A stretch of 64,000 nt of DNA from Octopus sinensis (taxonomy: Eukaryota): assembly GCF_006345805.1 (NCBI RefSeq), contig NW_021833086.1, forward strand, positions 1 through 64,000, in the 5' to 3' direction. A program made the translations under genes and the position numbers. The stretch's first letter is position 1. Every line of letters begins with the position of its first letter. The notes beneath the pieces were generated by a model. That model was given only the letters and a program-made list of their open reading frames with translations, was not told the DNA's origin and searched no databases. Shown one piece after another: positions 51,574-64,000 of the stretch.

Positions 51574-54500
51574 TATGGCTGCCCCCTCGTTATCGAGTAT
51601 GGCCATTGCACGAAGCTTAACTGTTACTGGTGCTGTGATCGAATGTGACTTTTTAGCCCAGCTAAAGATCTACAATGTCTTGTACAAAATTGGCAACTAA
51701 AACCTTTACTGGTAATAGCCGGCTGTAGTTGTAACTGGGCTTCATGTACCTTTGCATGTCGTTTAAGTCCTCCTACCGAATTACACTCACTTCCACATGC
51801 CCGACAGATATGATTAGTATGGTGTGTTACACCACCACCAGTGGCCAGGTTGTCACTCATCTGTCTCGTTTTATGACTACGAAGATGACTCATGAGTTCA
51901 GCTTTACTGAGGCAGGGTCTTGCACAGGCATTGCATGTCAGAATCAAAGGAAGACCCTTCCCTTCTGGAAGTGTAACAGTGATGCCCTTCCTGACATCCC
52001 TCCTTACTTTCTCATGTGCAACTCGAGATTTCTCAAAAGTGGCTGTCCCCTCATGCACAATCCTTCTCCACCTGGTACGATCAATAGCTATTGCCTTCCC
52101 ATGTGTCAGGAGAGATGCAAGCATCTCTTAAGGAAGCCTTCAGCAAGTCCTTATACCTCTTTTTGGTTTATGTCGAGGTCGTTCTCCTTTAGCTAGCTCT
52201 CCAAAAAGAGTTTTGTTTGGCATCCTTGAATCCTTCATTCTGACCAGATGACCACTCCATCTGAGCCTTTGCTTTAACACAAGAGCTTCTATACTTTCAA
52301 CCCCGAGAGCCTTCCAATATTTCAAGATCACTGATGCGGTCCTTCCACTTAATGCCATAGATCCGTCTGAGGCACATCTGATGGAAACGTTCCAGTTGTT
52401 TAAGGTGGATCGATATGTGACCCACGTCTCGCAGGCATAGAGAAGAAGAAGGGAGCCAACATGCCTTGTACACCTTTATCTTTGTCTTACTGCATATGTC
52501 TCACCGACTCCAGAGGCGCTTTTCTAGCCTTCCGAAAGCAACACTTGCTTTCCTAATTCTATATGAAATTTCATCATCCACATTGCCATATCTATTAATA
52601 GTGCTTCCCAGGTAGACAAACTGATCAACTACATCAAGTCGTTTACCATTCACATAGATATTTGGTACACTATACTGCTTACCAGGGGCAGGTTGATGCA
52701 TGACAACAGTTTTCTTGAGATTGACTGTGCAAGCATCAGAGAATGCTTATGTATCAACTAGAAAACTGATAAGAATAGAGCAATTGAGTACAAACAAAGA
52801 TATTGCTAACTACTCACATGCTTCGCCCTACATCAATCTCTGCGTGTGCTACTAGCTCACGATCATCTGCATACAAAAGATCTCTTATGATAGAGGTAAA
52901 TATCTTTGTTTTTGCAGCAAGGCACCTGATATTAAATATGCTGCCAGAGGTTCGATAATGGACGTAAACACTGTATCTGCAGTTTCTGAATGTAATACAG
53001 AACACCATCGCGAAATATATGGAAAATAGGGTCGGTGCCAGAATATCCCCCTGTTTCACTCCATTTTGTATTGAAATGGGCTCCGACATTTCCCTTTAAC
53101 ATTCACCCTACCATTCATGTCTTCATGAAAAGACCTAACCAAAGCAAGGAACTTTTCAGGACACCCAAGTTTGGATGGGACTTTCTACAATGCTTTTCTA
53201 TTGACGGTATCAAAGGCTTTTGTCAGATCGACAAAAACCTGATACAAAAATCCAGACTTGTTCCACACACTTTCCTGAAGCTGTCTTACTGAAAAATCAT
53301 ATCATCAGTGCCACGTCCCCACACGAAAGCCAGATTGATTTCTGGAAGAACACAATCTGCAATGTATTCAGCAGACGATCCAGAAGTATCTGCATAAAAC
53401 CTTTCCTACAACAGACAGCAATGATACTCCCCTATATTACCACAATCACTCCTGTTGCCCTTCCCTTATACAGGACCAACCATTACTGCATCTCCCAGTC
53501 CTCAGGTACAGATTCACTAGTCCATATCTTACCAAACAAAGAGTGAAGTTTCTGAAGAAGTTTCTCACCACCTGGCTGTAACAACTCCGCATGTATGCCA
53601 TCCCTACCTGGAGACTTCCCATTATTTAACCTTGAGACAGCCATTGCAACTTCCTCCAACTTTGATGGTTCTGCGAGTGCTGCCTCACTAACTACAGACT
53701 GCTGATTCAAAAGTTCATCAAAGTGTTGCCACCTTCGCAGAATTCCTTGTGACTCACGAAGAAGTTCTTTGCCATTCCTGCTTCGAAGTGGTGTCATCAG
53801 GGAAGACATCGGTCCATAAACTTCTCGCAAGAGACCATACAACAGCTTTGTGTTATTGAAATCTGATGCCGTCTGTATCTCGTCAGCCTTCATACTCCAC
53901 CACGTATCCCTCATCTGAGAGAGCCTTTGCCTCACACGTGATTTTACGCCCTTGAGTTCCCTATGCAACACTTCCCTTTCCTGTGGCTTTGCTGACAAAT
54001 AGTGTGACAAAGTGCGTCTTTTATCAGCCAATTAATCATCTATATGTTCATCATTTTCTTCGAACCAATCTTGATGCTTTCTTTGTATCAATCCCAGAAC
54101 TTTCTTGCCTATATCATAAACTGACTTTTTAAGGGTCGGCCAATCCTCCCCAATATCTGCAGCATTCTCGTAAAGTTCCCTTCACACTATTATACCTAAG
54201 ACGATCAACATTTAGTCTTTTAGGCAGGGTAATCCCTGCAGCTCGGATTTTATTTTTTTTTACTAATTTCACTTTTGCGCGTACTAGGCGGTGGTCAGTC
54301 CAACACTCAGCTCCACGAAGAACACGAACACACTGCACATCCTGTCTGTCACGCACCCTAACCAGGATGTAATCCAGAATATGCCAATCTTTAGATGCAG
54401 GGTGTATCCATGTGGTCTTAAACTTGTTCTTTTGTTGAAACGTGGTATTTGTAACACACAGACGCAGCTCCTCACACATCTGCAGCAAAAGCATGCCATT

Positions 54501-55560
54501 ACTATTACACTTCCCCACCCCATGCCTTCCAATTACAGTCCATGTGTTAAAATCCCTACCCACTCTAGCTTTAAAGTCACCCAGTACGATGACTTTGTCT
54601 GCCCGAGGGATATTTCTTATAATGCCCTTCAAAGCATGGTAGAAAGAAACTTTTTCATCATCAGTATAGCACATAGTTGGAGAATACACATTCACCAAGA
54701 TCACATAATTTTCTTTAGCCAAAGGAAATCTCATGGACACAAGACGCTCGTTAATCCCGACTGGGAATTCTTCCAACTTGTCCACAAGAGTAGTCTTAAC
54801 AGCAAATGCCACTCCAGCTTCTCCTCTAAACTCTTTATTCCTCCCTTTCCAAAGGAATGTATATTTTCCACAAGATTCTGTAAGATGACCATCTCCAGGT
54901 AATATCTCGTCTCAGATAAGCAACGATGTCAAGACATAGCGTTGAACTCCTTCGCAACAAGCGCAGTCCTTCTTTCAGGACATTCAGATGACTTGCGGTC
55001 AGCAAGTCTGTACATTCCAACAGCCAATATTCACGTGTTTTCTTTGGTTCTATCACAGTAGCATGATGACGGCCGGGTTCAGACTGTGATGCTCTGGAGC
55101 CCCTGTCGGGCCAGACTCTTTCAGCTGATGTGTTTCCAGAGTCCTTACTGACATTTATTTTTATACTGTTTTGGTACATCATTGATTTTTTGCTTTTTAA
55201 GTCTACAGTCAGCCATTCAGTTGAGACTCACAGCACTATCAACAATCATGAATTAGTTAATCAATTTAATCAATCCAATGTAGTTATCGTGCTATGCCTG
55301 TGCAAAAATTTTTTTTTTAAACTGAGGAAAGGCTGTGCACTGAGTCAATCCCACTCACTAAGCAACAGCAGCCATAATCCGAAAAGAAGAACAAGTCAAC
55401 ATCATCGGTAACCACTGAGCCGCAGGTTTTATGTCGGAGTTATCCCAGTTACCTGAGTTACTTTCTCCTAGAAGGATGCCCTAACAAAGGCTAGGAGTCC
55501 TTCACTCCCAATGGTTTAACCGCGCGATCGGGTATTCAGTCCGATTATTTCTATGTCTCC
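51574..55560 (-). mobile_element. near full-length RTE-clade (BovB-like) LINE, pseudogenised: APE, RT, three C-terminal C2H2 fingers
   Basis: APE: GCWNV, VYSPT, LGDFKARVG, HILDYIL, TDHRLV. RT: KSPGRDGIHAELL, GVKQGDILAPTLF, LLYADD, YLGS, LRWSGHLVRM. The 3' end GGCAGCCATA runs into (ATGT)n. Many frameshifts; the 5' boundary is approximate. Confidence 0.92.
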
Positions 55561-55569
55561 GCGCATGAT

Positions 55570-55800
55570 ACAGCCTTAAGCCTTAAGAAAAAAAATTACT
55601 CATTTATTGGATGACCGTTGACTCTCAAGAGTTCCTCCGCCCTTTGACGGGGTTTTGTTTTTCATCCCGAAGGGTGTCCAATAAACACCCTCCTCACCAA
55701 GCAAGCTTGGTGGGGTTGCCGGTTTAGTCGCCGACGACCCGACCATGCAACAGGTTGTACTGGGTTACATGTTACCAGTAGCACTCGAAAGTGACCTGAC
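55570..55800 (+). repeat. unclassified repeat with two hairpins, ending in (TACA)n
   Basis: TTTATTGGATGACC…GGGTGTCCAATAAA inverted pair and CACCAAGCAAGCTTGGTG hairpin. Possibly a LINE 3' UTR. Confidence 0.35.
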
Positions 55801-55867
55801 ATATACATACATACATACATACATACATACATACATACATACATACATACATACATACATACATACA

Positions 55868-56785
55868 TGTCTTTTAAGAAGCCTCATATTCTTTCGGCAA
55901 CATCTTTTGACCACCAAATGTCGAAGTGCATCATAAGAATTGGAAGGCAGCTCCTCGAGCAACATTCTTTGTCTGATAACCTTAAATACATGCCCAAAGA
56001 AGTCTCACAACTCTACCGCAACGTATCATCTGGTGAAAGGATGAGCATATACGAGCAGAAAGCTCCGTGATGATAGTAACATCGATCATCAGATCAGTTT
56101 ATAATGATCCAATAGCTGGATTACTACCTCCCATTTTGAAGGTTATACGTTTGCAATCCAGGAACAAAAAATATAAACCAAGTACATGATGCACAAAACG
56201 GACAGAGATGCAGGAAAAGCCGTAAAATGTGACAACCGGTACAGACTTTGTGGAGTTCATACTGAAGATATCACTCACATCATAAGCAGTTGTCCAGAAA
56301 TGTCATCACGGTGTTATCTACCGATGAGACATGATGTTATAGCTAGGACACTGTATAATGAAATCCGTCGAAAGGATAATCCCGAGGACAAATAAATAAG
56401 AATCCACAATATAGTAGAAGCTATAGCCACTCATAAAAAATGGAATACTGGTGGAATGTACCAGTGAAGACCTCAGTAAAATGTAGGCACAACACGCCTG
56501 ATATAATGATTTGGGATAGAGAAGAGAAACTGTGCGCAGTTGTGGAAATTTGCTGCCCAGCGGATGTTAACATAAATCTGAAAAAGAGAACACCTAAGCT
56601 GAACCATTGAGAAATCTGCAGTTACTCTATTCAGATTACAAGTTCTGGTTTATACACTGGGATGTGTAACACACTGCCTAAATGCCAATCTTGAAAAATT
56701 AGACTTCTCAAAATCAGAAAGAAGAAAGCTAATTCGAAGACTACAGATCTAATCCATCACTGGAACTGTAAAAATCTGTAAAGAC
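55868..56785 (+). mobile_element. R4/Dong-like family A 3' part (least decayed copy)
   Basis: FEGYTFAIQEQK, KCDNRYRLCGVHTEDITHIISSCPEMSSRCYLPMRHD (CCHC-like) and HNTPDIMIWDREEKLCAVVEICCPAD (PD-x-E endonuclease motif). Begins directly after (TACA)n. Confidence 0.85.
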
Positions 56786-56859
56786 AGACAAATAGACAGA
56801 TAGGCAGCCAGACTTACGCGCGTACACACATACATATTTCCTTTATTCCCTTTATAAGT

Positions 56860-57385
56860 TTCAGTCCACAGGCAATTTTTCAATGGCCAATCTGATGTGC
56901 TTGACTTTTGGTGAACGAGTGAGTTTGATACTGCAACCTTCTTGCCGTGATAAAGATTCGTCTGATCTTGGGCAGCAGATGGTCAAGTCGCTTCATGAAA
57001 ATATATACTGCACTCCATGAAGATCTCTCAGGATTTTTGGCAAGATATTAACCAACTGTGGGGCCTTGAATTGGAGGTATTACATTACTTGGCCTTTACT
57101 CTAGACGTGATGGTTAAGACATTTGGAACACTGAAATATCGTCCAGTGCAGGTACTTGTATAACTCTTCATACCAAAGTTTGGCGTAAACCTCTTTGAGA
57201 TATACCATATGTGTATCAATGCATATCTCTCCTGTCATCGTTTCAGTGAGTAGAATCGTAATTCTTTCAGTCTCTCCCATTAGCTCAATTGTCTAATTGT
57301 CAATTGTCTATAAATGTCAATTGTCTAATTTTTTTGGTGTAGCACCGCTGTGTTGCATCGTGTTCGGTTATTAATTTGACACTGT
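56860..57385 (-). mobile_element. possible Tc1-like transposon remnant
   Basis: Minus strand starts CAGTGTCAAATTAATAACCGAACAC (Tc1-like terminus). The degenerate peptide LVHQKSSTSDWPLKNCLWTE loosely resembles the Tc1 HTH-to-DDE linker. Confidence 0.3.
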
Positions 57386-58014
57386 GGTTTGACCATAGTT
57401 TAGACTGGTAGTCCTGACGTCTGAAGGAAACGTGCTCCTTATGTGTGCATGTATGTGTGTGTGTACGTGCGTGTCTGTGTGCGTGCGTGCATCTATGTGC
57501 ATGTGTATGGCTGTGCCAAGGCTAAATAATTAAGAAGTTAGCATCGCGATCATGAGTTCCCGTGTTCGATCACACAGTAGGGCATCTTCAGTAGACAGAA
57601 ACTGCAGGTATATTTATGGCATACGCACTGCGTCATGTTGTTACTCCCTTAAGACTATATGTATCCGTGGAGTACTCGGCCACTTTGTAATTGAACAAGA
57701 TGATCGAACAACTGAAACGTTCATCGTTGAAATCGACGGAGGATTCGTTTACCCTAAGCGTGTGCCCACATCTGAGCGCGCGCGCGTGAAAACATAGTAG
57801 TGACTCATAACCGTCAGCTAAATATGTCATGCAGCCATTAGCTTTTACTCTTTCTTCCCAGAGGAAGCAGAAAATAATTGGAGAAACTTACAGGGAAACG
57901 GGAGACAACATCACTTTTGCTTCTGCTTTTTTTTGTTTTTGTTTTTTACTTTGGTTTCTTGTCTTTCTTGACTGACTTCCCTTTTTTTTTTGCTACTCAA
58001 TGCTCTCTCTTCCG

Positions 58015-58045
<31 letters not shown>

Positions 58046-58914
58046 AATCTTCTTTTTCCCCTCCACTTCAACTCTCCTCCTCTTCCTCCTCCTCCTCCTC
58101 CTCCGCCCCTCCAATGAGTTGCCCAGGTTAAACCGTCACAATACTAAGCGAAGACATCTTATTTGTAATATTTTACACAAACGGAAACCATCTTTTTTTA
58201 CATTTGCTCTTTGTATTGTTAATTTGTTTATTATGTACTATATATATATATATTCTTGTTCATTTATACTTTCCTTTAATTTATCCAAACAAAGTGAGTT
58301 CCGTTGCAGAACTGCTCCTGTCGCCCCTTCTTGAACTAAATGAAAATAAAAGAAAAAGAAAATGAGAGAGAGAAAATAATAAATTTCGCTAAAATACATC
58401 CAAGCTGCATTAAAAAAATTATCGTTGAAAACAAATGTCTTATTCGTTTTTTAGATTTTTTTTAAAAAAGAATATTTTGTATACATTTATCACACGAAGT
58501 TAAAATGGGTGGCTTTCCATGTTAGTAATTCACGATTCAGAAGAGTTAATTTGACATGTAATTTGACTTTGGGTATCAAATAAAGAAGAGAGAGAGAGAA
58601 AGAGAGAGAGGGGGAGAATGAAAGAGAGAGGGGGAGAAGGAAAGAGAGAGGAGAGAAGAGCGGGGAAGAGTGAGTGAGTGAGTAAGTTAGTGAGAAAGAG
58701 TGAGAGAATGGAACGGAGAAGTAGAGAGTGCTTGCAGAGTGAACGACGAGGAGGGAAAAAGAAAGAGAGGAAGATGGAAAGAAGAGGGAAAGGATGAAAG
58801 AATCGGAGAATTCGAACAAAAATGAATGAATATAGAGTGAAAGTGGTGGGAGTAATAATGATATTACCAAACTGATTTACACATTACGTAACCGAATATA
58901 GTTAGTTGATTGCT

Positions 58915-58974
58915 ATTGGCAAAATACGTCCTCCCAGAACGCCACTGTGATTCCAATGACCAATGTACTTCCGG
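58915..58974. promoter_or_regulatory. candidate TATA-less promoter motif cluster (three CCAAT boxes plus ETS site)
   Basis: ATTGG at 58915-58919, CCAAT at 58953-58957 and 58960-58964, ACTTCCGG at 58967-58974, all in non-repeat DNA. Motif evidence only. Confidence 0.25.
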
Positions 58975-60374
58975 TTTCTGTCGCATTTCAACACATGTCG
59001 ATTATAGACTCCGCTAGCAGGAGATGCTTGCTGTTTGTGGCTTAACTTCTCATTCAATTTATTTTAAATTCTTTAACTTACTAATCCAACTTTTTTGTAT
59101 CTTCCCGTCCCTTTTTTTTTTTTATTACAGCACTATTTGGAAGGTCTTTGTCTTTTACCTAGTTCATAGCAATATTTGCTTCTCTGTTTGGTACGAAATA
59201 TCAATCAGTCATATTCCTTTATATGAGTTAATTACATAATGCTATTTTGCTTCTATTATTTTGGTATATGTTTACATATTTTGTTGACTCTTACTATTCT
59301 TATATCTCTCTAGAGTATATTTTTACCATTTATTTGAAGTCGAGTAGGATTCTGGTTGCGTTGTAACGCTTACATGTTCAGTGTTGGCTCACCCTCGTCA
59401 TCCTACGCATTCAGACTTTAATAACTGCTGCCACTTGTAGAATTCTATTCTAAGTTGAAACACAGAATACTGCTCTTCACTTATCTTTTGGTTTATCTGA
59501 CGATTTACTCTCACTAGCTGCAAATTGTTTTTTCTTTCTTTGCATCACGTTTGTCTTTATTCTCATGGGATTGTATCTCAAAGATTTTTTCTAGATAGTT
59601 CTTTTAAATCTATTTAAAGTTTTCTTGTCTTAAGTTTGGTTTCAAATTCTTTCATCCATGTTGAAGATTGTATTAGTTGCTTTCGTTATATCACTCTCTA
59701 CATCTATGTTTTTCATGTTATATCACCCTCTACATCTATGTTTTTCATGTTGGGTCTCTTTATCACGCAAATAAACTGCATTTAGTAACGTATCACTTTC
59801 GTGTTTCACTTAGTAGTCCAGTCCAACATTTATTGCTTGTGTTTTATATTTTTCATTTCTTGACTAAACCCCTACTCAGTTGTAGGGCGAAGCATGTGAG
59901 TAGTTAGCAATATCTTTGTTTGTACTCGATTGCTCTATTCTTATCAGTTTTCTAGTTGATACATAAGATGTACGGCCAGTCATTGAATTCAATAATAATA
60001 AAGGCAACACTCCTCAGAATTGTTTTGCACCCATCACACCCCTCTTTAACCGTCTTCAACTCTGATCGAAGTTTCACCAGCTCTATGCTGACGTTCCCTG
60101 ACAGCGGTAGTATTTCTGAAACGGTTTGTTAGTGGTTGAGACAATCTTTCTAGGCATTTCTCTTAACATCAGTCATGTAAACCCTTAAAATCCCAAGTGA
60201 TTTAGCCACAGAAGATAAGCAGTAGTATTGGTAAATTACAAAGCTTACAATACTTCTCTTTTGAACCATCCTTCTCCCACTCTGGTACATCACCACGCAG
60301 ACATTGTTACGAAGCACGAAATTCCTCAGACATCCAACAGAACAAGGAAACCATCGTAGCTAGACAGTCTAGAC

Positions 60375-60520
60375 CAGTGTTTCCCAAACTTTTCGCGCCA
60401 AATTGCAATATCAGCCCACCTATCGGCCAAAAAATACTCCATCGCCCACCTGTGTAAAAAGAACCCTGACACAACCCCCAAGACAGAGTCCCTAGCTCCC
60501 CCTGTATCATTTGACACACA
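60375..60520 (+). mobile_element. hAT (Charlie-like) transposon left end
   Basis: CAGTGTTTCCCAAACTTTT is directly preceded by GTCTAGAC (60367-60374), matching the nTCTAGAn target preference of Charlie-type hATs. No right end was found. Confidence 0.5.
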
Positions 60521-60651
60521 CACACATTATCGTAGACTCGTTGCCCTGTCAGTGCCGTTGGTATTAAATATGCGGTTGTTTACAAATCCTTTATTGTGGA
60601 TTAGCAACAAGCAATGCAATGTTGTACGATGCAATCAACCCTAATTCTCCT

Positions 60652-60830
60652 AATACAGTTCTATATTTAAGAGATGAGGAATTATGCACATTATTTACAT
60701 TTGACAGATATTGTCCTCATCTTGTTTGTTGTTAACGTTTTGGCTGATATACCCTCCAGCCTTCATCAGGTGTCTTGGGGGTAAATTTCGAATCTGGGTT
60801 CTCATTCCTAAGGTATTTTTCTATGTTATT
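60652..60830 (-). mobile_element. solo Penelope terminal repeat with hammerhead remnant
   Basis: Homologous to 34912-35090. It has an intact CUGAUGA and stem II GGCUG/CAGCC, but GAAA is changed to AAAA and the 3' strand of stem I is deleted. Confidence 0.8.
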
Positions 60831-61198
60831 ATTATGAACGGATCAATTCTGAGGTTACACCTGTAAAAAAAAGGTAATATGAAAGGAGAAATGGGCTCTC
60901 TACATTCTTTTGACCCGGCTCCCTTGGTTTTTATGGGTTTTTCCACGAGTAACCTTTCGAAGCGCCTCCCCCTATTGAGAGTTTTACTTGTTATATATAT
61001 TTTCGTTGTTACTTTGAATGTTTACACGGACCTTTCTATCGGACAAAACCCTTTGTAATTTTCGCCCTGTATTTGTCCTTACATGTTCTTTGATTTTTGT
61101 TAGCCCTTGTGGCCAATAAACCAGAATTATTATTATTATTATTGTTGTTATAATAATAATAGTAATAATAATAATAATAATAATAATATAATAATAAC

Positions 61199-61232
<34 letters not shown>

Positions 61233-61313
61233 TATAATAAAATAATAATAATAATATAATAATTAATTATTATATTATTATTAGTAGTAGTAGTAGTAGT
61301 TATAGTAGTAGTT

Positions 61314-61385
61314 AGGTCACTGCTTGGAATCGAACTCGGAATCTTGGGGTTAGTAGCCAGCACTCTTAACCACTACGCCATATGA

Positions 61386-61388
<3 letters not shown>
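61314..61388 (-). mobile_element. 75-bp tRNA-like SINE or tRNA pseudogene
   Basis: Acceptor-like stem AGGTCAT/GTGACCT, A-box TGGCGTAGTGG, B-box AGTTCGATTCC. The T-arm is poorly paired and the anticodon would be ACT, so it is not called a functional tRNA. Confidence 0.6.
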
Positions 61389-61478
<90 letters not shown>

Positions 61479-61481
<3 letters not shown>

Positions 61482-61992
61482 CTTGACAGAGCAAAAAATT
61501 GGTACGACCACAAACACGAAAGCATCGTTGAAAATAGAAATGCAAATATCCTATGGGATTTTATGATTCAGTGCGACCATGAAATAGAGAAGAGGAAGCC
61601 GGGCATAGTCTTAAGTGAGAAAGAAAACAAACTATGCTGGATCATAGATATAGCATGTCCAGCTGACAATAAGGTATGCGATAAGGAAGAAAGAAAAGTT
61701 GAGAGATATGACAGGTTAGCTTGGGAAGTTAAGCAGTTGTGGTCGATGAAAAAAAGTAGCAGTAGTACCAATAATTATCGGAGTCCTGTGAACGGTGAGC
61801 AAAAATCTCGAGAAGTACGTGGAACAAATAGAGGCTGGAATAAGGGTGGAGCACTTGCAAAAAAACAGCACTGCTTGGAACCGCTCGAATATTCCGGAAG
61901 GTGCTCGAAAAATAAGAGGTGTTACCTTAGTTCACTGGTAGTGAACAGATGACACTGTAGTACATCTCCAGCGTTAGAAGCCGTGCAAAGGC

Positions 61993-61993
<1 letters not shown>
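61479..61993 (+). mobile_element. R4/Dong-like family B 3' fragment inside (AAT)n
   Basis: Highly similar to 11360-11872 (IQCDHEIE…KLCWIIDIACPADNKVCDKEE and the 3' UTR GTAGTACATCTCCAGCGTTAGAAG…GTGCAAAGGCAA). (AAT)n lies on both sides. Confidence 0.9.
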
Positions 61994-62032
<39 letters not shown>

Positions 62033-62041
62033 GTAATAGTA

Positions 62042-62136
<95 letters not shown>

Positions 62137-62139
62137 AAG

Positions 62140-63067
62140 AAACAACAAAAGCTATAAATCAAATGAAATCCAAACTAAAACTAGAACAGCAACGGACCAT
62201 GATAAAACGATGGCAAGAAAACCCCTTTCATGGCAAATACTGGGCTAAAATAAATGCAAAAGAAATAGACAGGGAAAAATCCCAGCAATGGTTGAGAAGC
62301 TCAGGACTCAAAGCAGAGACTGAAAGATTTTTAATTGCAGCACAAGATCAAAGCCTCCCTACCAGAAATTACCAAAAACATATAAGGAAAAGAAACATAA
62401 CAAGTAACTGCAAAATATATGGAGATGGACAAGAAACAATAAATCATATTATCTCTGGTTGCCCAGTCCTGGCTAAGAAGGAATATATTCAGACACGACA
62501 GAGTTGGGACCCACATACACCGGAAGCTATGCCAACACTATGGAATAATAACAGAAAAATGATGGTATAGGCACACGCCAGAAAAGGTCACAGAAAACGA
62601 GAAAGCAACCATACTCTGGGATATGTCAATACACACAGATAGAGAAATTAAGGCCAATAGGCCAGATATAGTTGTCAGAGATCACGAAGAAAAATTTCTA
62701 ATTGATGTATCAATAACAGCAGATGACAACATGTATTCAAAAGAAATGGAGAAACTTTCAAAATACAAAGACCTGGAAATAGAGGTAACTCGAATGTGGA
62801 ATCTAAAAACAGAAACAATTTCTATCATAGGGGGTGCATTAGGTATATTAAAAATATTCAGACAAATACATAACAAAACCACCAGGACTTACAAATATAT
62901 ATAACATGCAGAAAATTGCATTACTGGGCACTGCACACATCCTATCCTACGTAAAACACTTTCAATACAGTAACTGAGAGTATCACAGCAAAACACAGCA
63001 CATACCCAAGGCACAGAGAGCTGCGCTCGGTAGTGAAGTGAAAGCACGCTATAAAATAAAACTACTG

Positions 63068-63068
<1 letters not shown>
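62140..63068 (+). mobile_element. R4/Dong-like family C 3' fragment with complete 3' UTR and (AAT)n tail
   Basis: FHGKY…QWLRSSGLKAETE…IAAQDQSLPT…HIISGCP…ANRPDIVVRD…FLIDVS. Ends ACTACTG followed by (AAT)n. Confidence 0.9.

Positions 63069-64000
<932 letters not shown>

Noticed and set aside
715-51620. Long ORFs made of MYVC/HTYI/IYIY/CVCV repeats (for example 30090-30839, 249 aa)
   Set aside because: They are translations of (TACA)n, (AT)n and (CA)n microsatellites, which lack stops in some frames. There is no evidence they are proteins.
51624-52124. Stand-alone host C2H2 zinc-finger gene
   Set aside because: It is contiguous with RTE post-RT motifs and followed by the LINE 3' end, so it is part of the retroelement.
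57552-57830. ORF with EQDDRTTETFIVEID, faintly like a Merlin/ISXO2 transposase segment
   Set aside because: The match is too short, there are no TIRs, and the ORF start overlaps a degenerate SINE head.
61314-61388. Functional tRNA gene
   Set aside because: The T-arm is mispaired, the implied ACT anticodon is atypical, and it is embedded in microsatellites. It is treated as a SINE or pseudogene.

Overview
This is eukaryotic, AT-rich, repeat-dominated DNA. The SINE sequences and the dense (TACA)n/(AT)n/(AAT)n microsatellites fit an octopod cephalopod (Octopus-like) genome; that assignment is from recognition, not a database search. I find no confident host protein-coding exon, and most ORFs in the supplied track are microsatellite translations. 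The recognisable coding sequence is all decayed transposon: (i) at least four families of restriction-like-endonuclease (R4/Dong-like) non-LTR retrotransposons sitting in (AAT)n or (TACA)n arrays; (ii) RTE-clade LINEs, including a near full-length ~4 kb copy ending in three C2H2 fingers; (iii) an L1/Tx1-like fragment; (iv) Penelope-like elements whose terminal repeats carry minimal hammerhead-ribozyme motifs; (v) several tRNA-derived SINE families; and (vi) Tc1/mariner, pogo, hAT and foldback MITE remnants. The best candidate for an unusual system is an ORF-less ~470-nt repeat unit at 5100-5714 with a hammerhead motif at the unit boundary, which resembles a retrozyme. Other observations worth checking are a templated 87-bp insertion in an RTE, an inverted RTE pair with a homogenised core, a 266-bp spacerless palindrome and a SINE dimer inserted as one event. 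None of these is shown to be novel or active.
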